Below are positions 57,660 to 60,167 of a stretch of DNA of 60,167 bases, piece after piece (within the stretch, counting starts at the first letter, position 1; each line of letters begins with the position of its first letter). The DNA is taken from the NCBI GenBank assembly GCA_027030065.1, contig JALVFK010000218.1:1-60167 (forward strand), in the 5' to 3' direction. This stretch comes from Desulfurococcales archaeon. GTDB taxonomy: Archaea; Thermoproteota; Thermoprotei_A; Sulfolobales; WANQ01. The notes under the pieces are model-generated. The model saw only the letters and a program-made list of their open reading frames with translations. It searched no databases and was not told where the DNA came from. The translations under genes and the position numbers were made by a program.

Positions 57660-58731
57660 CTTTAGACCCCCTCAGCAACGGTTCAATTAGTTCTCTGGGG
57701 ATATTATTCCATAAGCTCCACAAGACCGTTCTAAGTATTGATACTTCTAACTCCTTGTTAAGGATATAGTCTAATACTGGTTGAGGAGAGAAGAGGCTAC
57801 GCATTAAGTCGCTATGAATTTCTTTAAGAAACTCTTGTAGGAGAACCACTTCTATTAACGTCTCATTACCGCTCGCTACAATAACATCATTTACCCTAGA
57901 TATTATTCTCTCATAGGGTGTACGCGCTAATACTTGGAGGGCTTGTGATGCATTATTTTGTTCTGCCGCTTCTATTAATGTTTCAAGCGATATATACATT
58001 GTAGGTTCTATTAATGAGGAAACTATTATAGACTTTGGAGTAGCTGATAAAATACCTCTTAGTACAACCATTATATTGTATTCGTCTATTAGTTTCTTTA
58101 TAGCTCTCTTTAGCTCTACTCCTCCTCTAACACTAGACACTGTTCTCAACAACGTTCTATAATATATCTTATAGAGATCTGCCTCCATACTACGCAGAGA
58201 TGATAAGTCCTTGCTACGCAAGCCCTCTATATAATCGCTTACAATGCGTGCATAATCATGCAGCGATGCTTTTCTCAACGTGTAAACTATATCTTTGAAG
58301 TCATTGGCATGCAGGAGTTCTTCGTGCAGACTTCTTTCATATAGTAATCCTATCGGCATCAATTCTATATTTTCTTTTTCATAGAAAAGTGCTCTAATAA
58401 TGAAGCATATGTTTTGTAGATCATATTTTAATATGTATGAATCAATTAATCTATTTACTTCGTTAATCTTATTGCTCTTTATAAAGTATATCTCAGACCG
58501 TAAATAATCATAGAGTAGGCGTTCAGCATCCGCTAGTGTTATGTCTGGACTTATCTTATTCCGCATAAACTCTCCTATATCGGTATCTGATATAGAAACC
58601 AGAGCATCATATATGCTTTTTTTATCAAGCATAGATAGAAACTGATCCCTACGTATACTTCTAGTAAGCTTGGCTTCAATAGCTGAGATGAGAAAAGCAT
58701 ACCGTGTTATCGGCATTAATTGGGGTTTCAA
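57649..58731 (-). CDS. atpC: A/V-type ATP synthase subunit C
   Basis: 360 aa helical protein in the canonical position between E and F. 11-nt and 4-nt overlaps with its neighbours. Confidence 0.85.
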   Translation of the reverse strand: MKPQLMPITRYAFLISAIEAKLTRSIRRDQFLSMLDKKSIYDALVSISDTDIGEFMRNKISPDITLADAERLLYDYLRSEIYFIKSNKINEVNRLIDSYILKYDLQNICFIIRALFYEKENIELMPIGLLYERSLHEELLHANDFKDIVYTLRKASLHDYARIVSDYIEGLRSKDLSSLRSMEADLYKIYYRTLLRTVSSVRGGVELKRAIKKLIDEYNIMVVLRGILSATPKSIIVSSLIEPTMYISLETLIEAAEQNNASQALQVLARTPYERIISRVNDVIVASGNETLIEVVLLQEFLKEIHSDLMRSLFSPQPVLDYILNKELEVSILRTVLWSLWNNIPRELIEPLLRGSKGES

Positions 58732-59324
58732 GGTTTTTGTTCACCAAAAAGATCTCTTTGAATCAATGGTATTAGTCTTGATCTCAAGAGCTCTATGCGT
58801 GCTTCATATGAATTATCTACTTTTGTTGTCTTGTCAAGACTTTCTACTATAACTCCTCCTAGAATTGATGCAGTTTCTATGCTTGTTATTTTAACTTTAT
58901 CGCTTACCTTCTTAGATAATTCTCGTGCTGTATCGAGGTCTTTTTCGGCAACGTATATTCTGACCTCTCCTTCGAAAGGCTTTAAGGCTTCAAGTAATAG
59001 CCTTTCAAGTGAGGTCTTTCTATCATAGCTGCCTTCTTTTACTATCTCTTCAATTCTTCTAAGAACCTCTTCAACAACTTCCTTTTTAGCTTCTGTTACC
59101 TTCATACGAGCCCTTATTTTCGCATCAATTATTATTTCTTCAGCCCTACGCTTAGCGTTTTCTAATATTTGTCTCCTAAGCTGACTACGTTTTCTCTCCC
59201 ATTCCTCTCTAGCCTTTGCTATAATTCTCTCTGCCTCTCTCCTAGCATCTGTGATTATTTTCTCGGCCTCCCTCTTAGCCTTCTCCAGTACTGCTTCACG
59301 GATTTTCTCTTCAACATCACTCAA
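58728..59324 (-). CDS. atpE: A/V-type ATP synthase subunit E
   Basis: 198 aa. Long charged N-terminal helix (EKAKREAEKIITDARREAERIIAKAREE) plus a globular C-domain. Confidence 0.88.
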   Translation of the reverse strand: MSDVEEKIREAVLEKAKREAEKIITDARREAERIIAKAREEWERKRSQLRRQILENAKRRAEEIIIDAKIRARMKVTEAKKEVVEEVLRRIEEIVKEGSYDRKTSLERLLLEALKPFEGEVRIYVAEKDLDTARELSKKVSDKVKITSIETASILGGVIVESLDKTTKVDNSYEARIELLRSRLIPLIQRDLFGEQKP

Positions 59325-59358
59325 TGCTCTGCACCCTTTAAGCTGAAGCCAGCCTTCG

Positions 59359-59829
59359 TTATGCAGGCATTAATATCAATGCCAGTATAGTGAATACTAG
59401 TCCAAGTATACCTATTAACTCTGCATATACAGCTAACATCATAGCATTTACGAAGATCTTTCCCTTAGTTTTAGGTAACATAGCTATACCAGACGCACAT
59501 ATCATTCCTTGGAAAGCTGCTGATGGTCCCTCGGCTGCAACACCTATTAGTGAGGCCGAGAAGACCTTTAACGCTTGCTCAAAGCTCATTGGTGGATGAG
59601 CGGCAAACAATACTATATATATCAATATTATTAGACCATAGAATGTCTGGGTAGTTGGCATTGCAGCGAGTACTAGTACGTTTCTCATCTGTTTGGGGTC
59701 TTCAGCTAGAGTTGCTGTTCCAGCAGATGCAGCAGCACCTATTCCTACTACAGAACCTATCATACCACTCGCGAGTGCGAGAGCTCCTCCAAGAACTGTT
59801 AGCCAGGTAGCATCTATTGCCGGATCCAT
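59359..59829 (-). CDS. atpK: A/V-type ATP synthase proteolipid subunit K/c, duplicated 4-helix (16-kDa, NtpK-like) form
   Basis: 156 aa from ATG 59829 (AGGGGG 7 nt upstream; the frame is open to 59880). Four TM helices: GSVVGIGAAASAG, MPTTQTFYGL, AAFQGMICASG, AVYAELIGILG. Confidence 0.88.
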   Translation of the reverse strand: MDPAIDATWLTVLGGALALASGMIGSVVGIGAAASAGTATLAEDPKQMRNVLVLAAMPTTQTFYGLIILIYIVLFAAHPPMSFEQALKVFSASLIGVAAEGPSAAFQGMICASGIAMLPKTKGKIFVNAMMLAVYAELIGILGLVFTILALILMPA

Positions 59830-59835
59830 AATGAA

Positions 59836-59840
59836 CCCCC
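59836..59840 (-). promoter_or_regulatory. G-rich Shine-Dalgarno-like element upstream of atpK ATG 59829
   Basis: Minus strand reads taaGGGGGttcattATG. Confidence 0.4.
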
Positions 59841-59935
59841 TTAGACCTAATAAAAAACTGGTATAAAAATAAATTGTCACTTAATTACCACATTTTTAAC
59901 TAAATAAAAATATTGGTGAAATTTACAACTTACTT

Positions 59936-60167
59936 TTAAGGCGGTGAGAGAAGTATCTTACGGTAAATAGTTATTTTCAGTGGTTTGAATTCTACACCAT
60001 TACCACTATAGAATTTCGGTAGAAATTCTACGAAGAACAGTCTTAACGAGTGCACGAATCCGCCTAGGGAACTCAATACTATGTTCAATAGATGGCCTAT
60101 GAGGAATACTGGTAGCGACAATATTATTCCTAAAGCTACACCTAGAACACCACCTAAAATCGATACC
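59936..60167 (-). CDS. atpI: A/V-type ATP synthase subunit I, C-terminal part (truncated by window edge)
   Basis: The frame is open to the window end. ...GHLLNIVLSSLGGFVHSLRLFFVEFLPKFYSGNGVEFKPL is the conserved subunit I/a C-terminus. Confidence 0.85.
   Translation of the reverse strand, partial: VSILGGVLGVALGIILSLPVFLIGHLLNIVLSSLGGFVHSLRLFFVEFLPKFYSGNGVEFKPLKITIYRKILLSPP

Noticed and set aside
1-60167. CRISPR arrays, rRNA/tRNA genes, IS elements and integrases.
   Set aside because: By-eye scanning of all intergenic gaps found no regularly spaced direct repeats, no GC-rich cloverleaf-sized segments and no transposase or integrase-like ORFs. The largest gaps are 774-927, 5437-5660, 12022-12218 and 46926-47147. 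A proper tRNAscan, Infernal or repeat search could still find small RNAs.

Overview
AT-rich (about 35-38% GC by eye) chromosomal segment from a hyperthermophilic archaeon, most likely a Desulfurococcales-like crenarchaeon; the species cannot be assigned from sequence alone. Supporting signs are aRF1, an A/V-type ATPase operon, a di-myo-inositol-phosphate gene pair, a tungsten aldehyde:ferredoxin oxidoreductase and GGTGA/GGAGG ribosome-binding sites. The window is densely coding, with about 70 genes. I recognised no rRNA, tRNA, CRISPR array or IS element. Main modules, in order:
1. A decayed DUF2283/DUF4258 toxin-antitoxin pair (0.9-1.4 kb).
2. Housekeeping and membrane genes (1.5-8.6 kb).
3. 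IPCT plus DIPPS compatible-solute genes (8.7-10.1 kb).
4. A long co-directional array (10.2-24 kb): divergent ATP-type PEPCK-like enzyme, three-subunit Mo-hydroxylase (XDH/CoxLMS family), MoaD-like Ubl, FdrA/AllF split into two ORFs, cyclase-family hydrolase, DUF2877 (AllH-like), DUF1116 (AllG/YlbE-like) and an NCS2 nucleobase permease. With carbamate kinase at 32.3 kb, this looks like an oxamate/oxalurate-type N-heterocycle catabolic, ATP-yielding pathway.
5. PII, glutamine synthetase and a cation antiporter (24.8-30 kb).
6. Tungsten AOR with radical-SAM/SPASM maturase, MoaD and a Tfx regulator (33.4-37.2 kb).
7. XdhC, MocA and DUF364 cofactor accessory genes (38.6-40.8 kb).
8. Assorted housekeeping genes (upp, YrdC/TsaC, HD hydrolase).
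9. A patch of orphan small genes (47-51 kb).
10. aRF1, followed by the atpIKECFABD operon.

The most striking observation concerns the aRF1 gene. Its conserved N-terminal 29 codons have no in-frame start codon. The only ATG lies one frame away and runs ATG AGT ATT TAG C, so full-length aRF1 needs a +1 shift at a U-UU-stop-C site resembling bacterial prfB autoregulatory recoding. The alternative is a one-base T-run indel. Also notable is a 156-aa duplicated NtpK-like proteolipid that retains all four Na+-ligand side chains.
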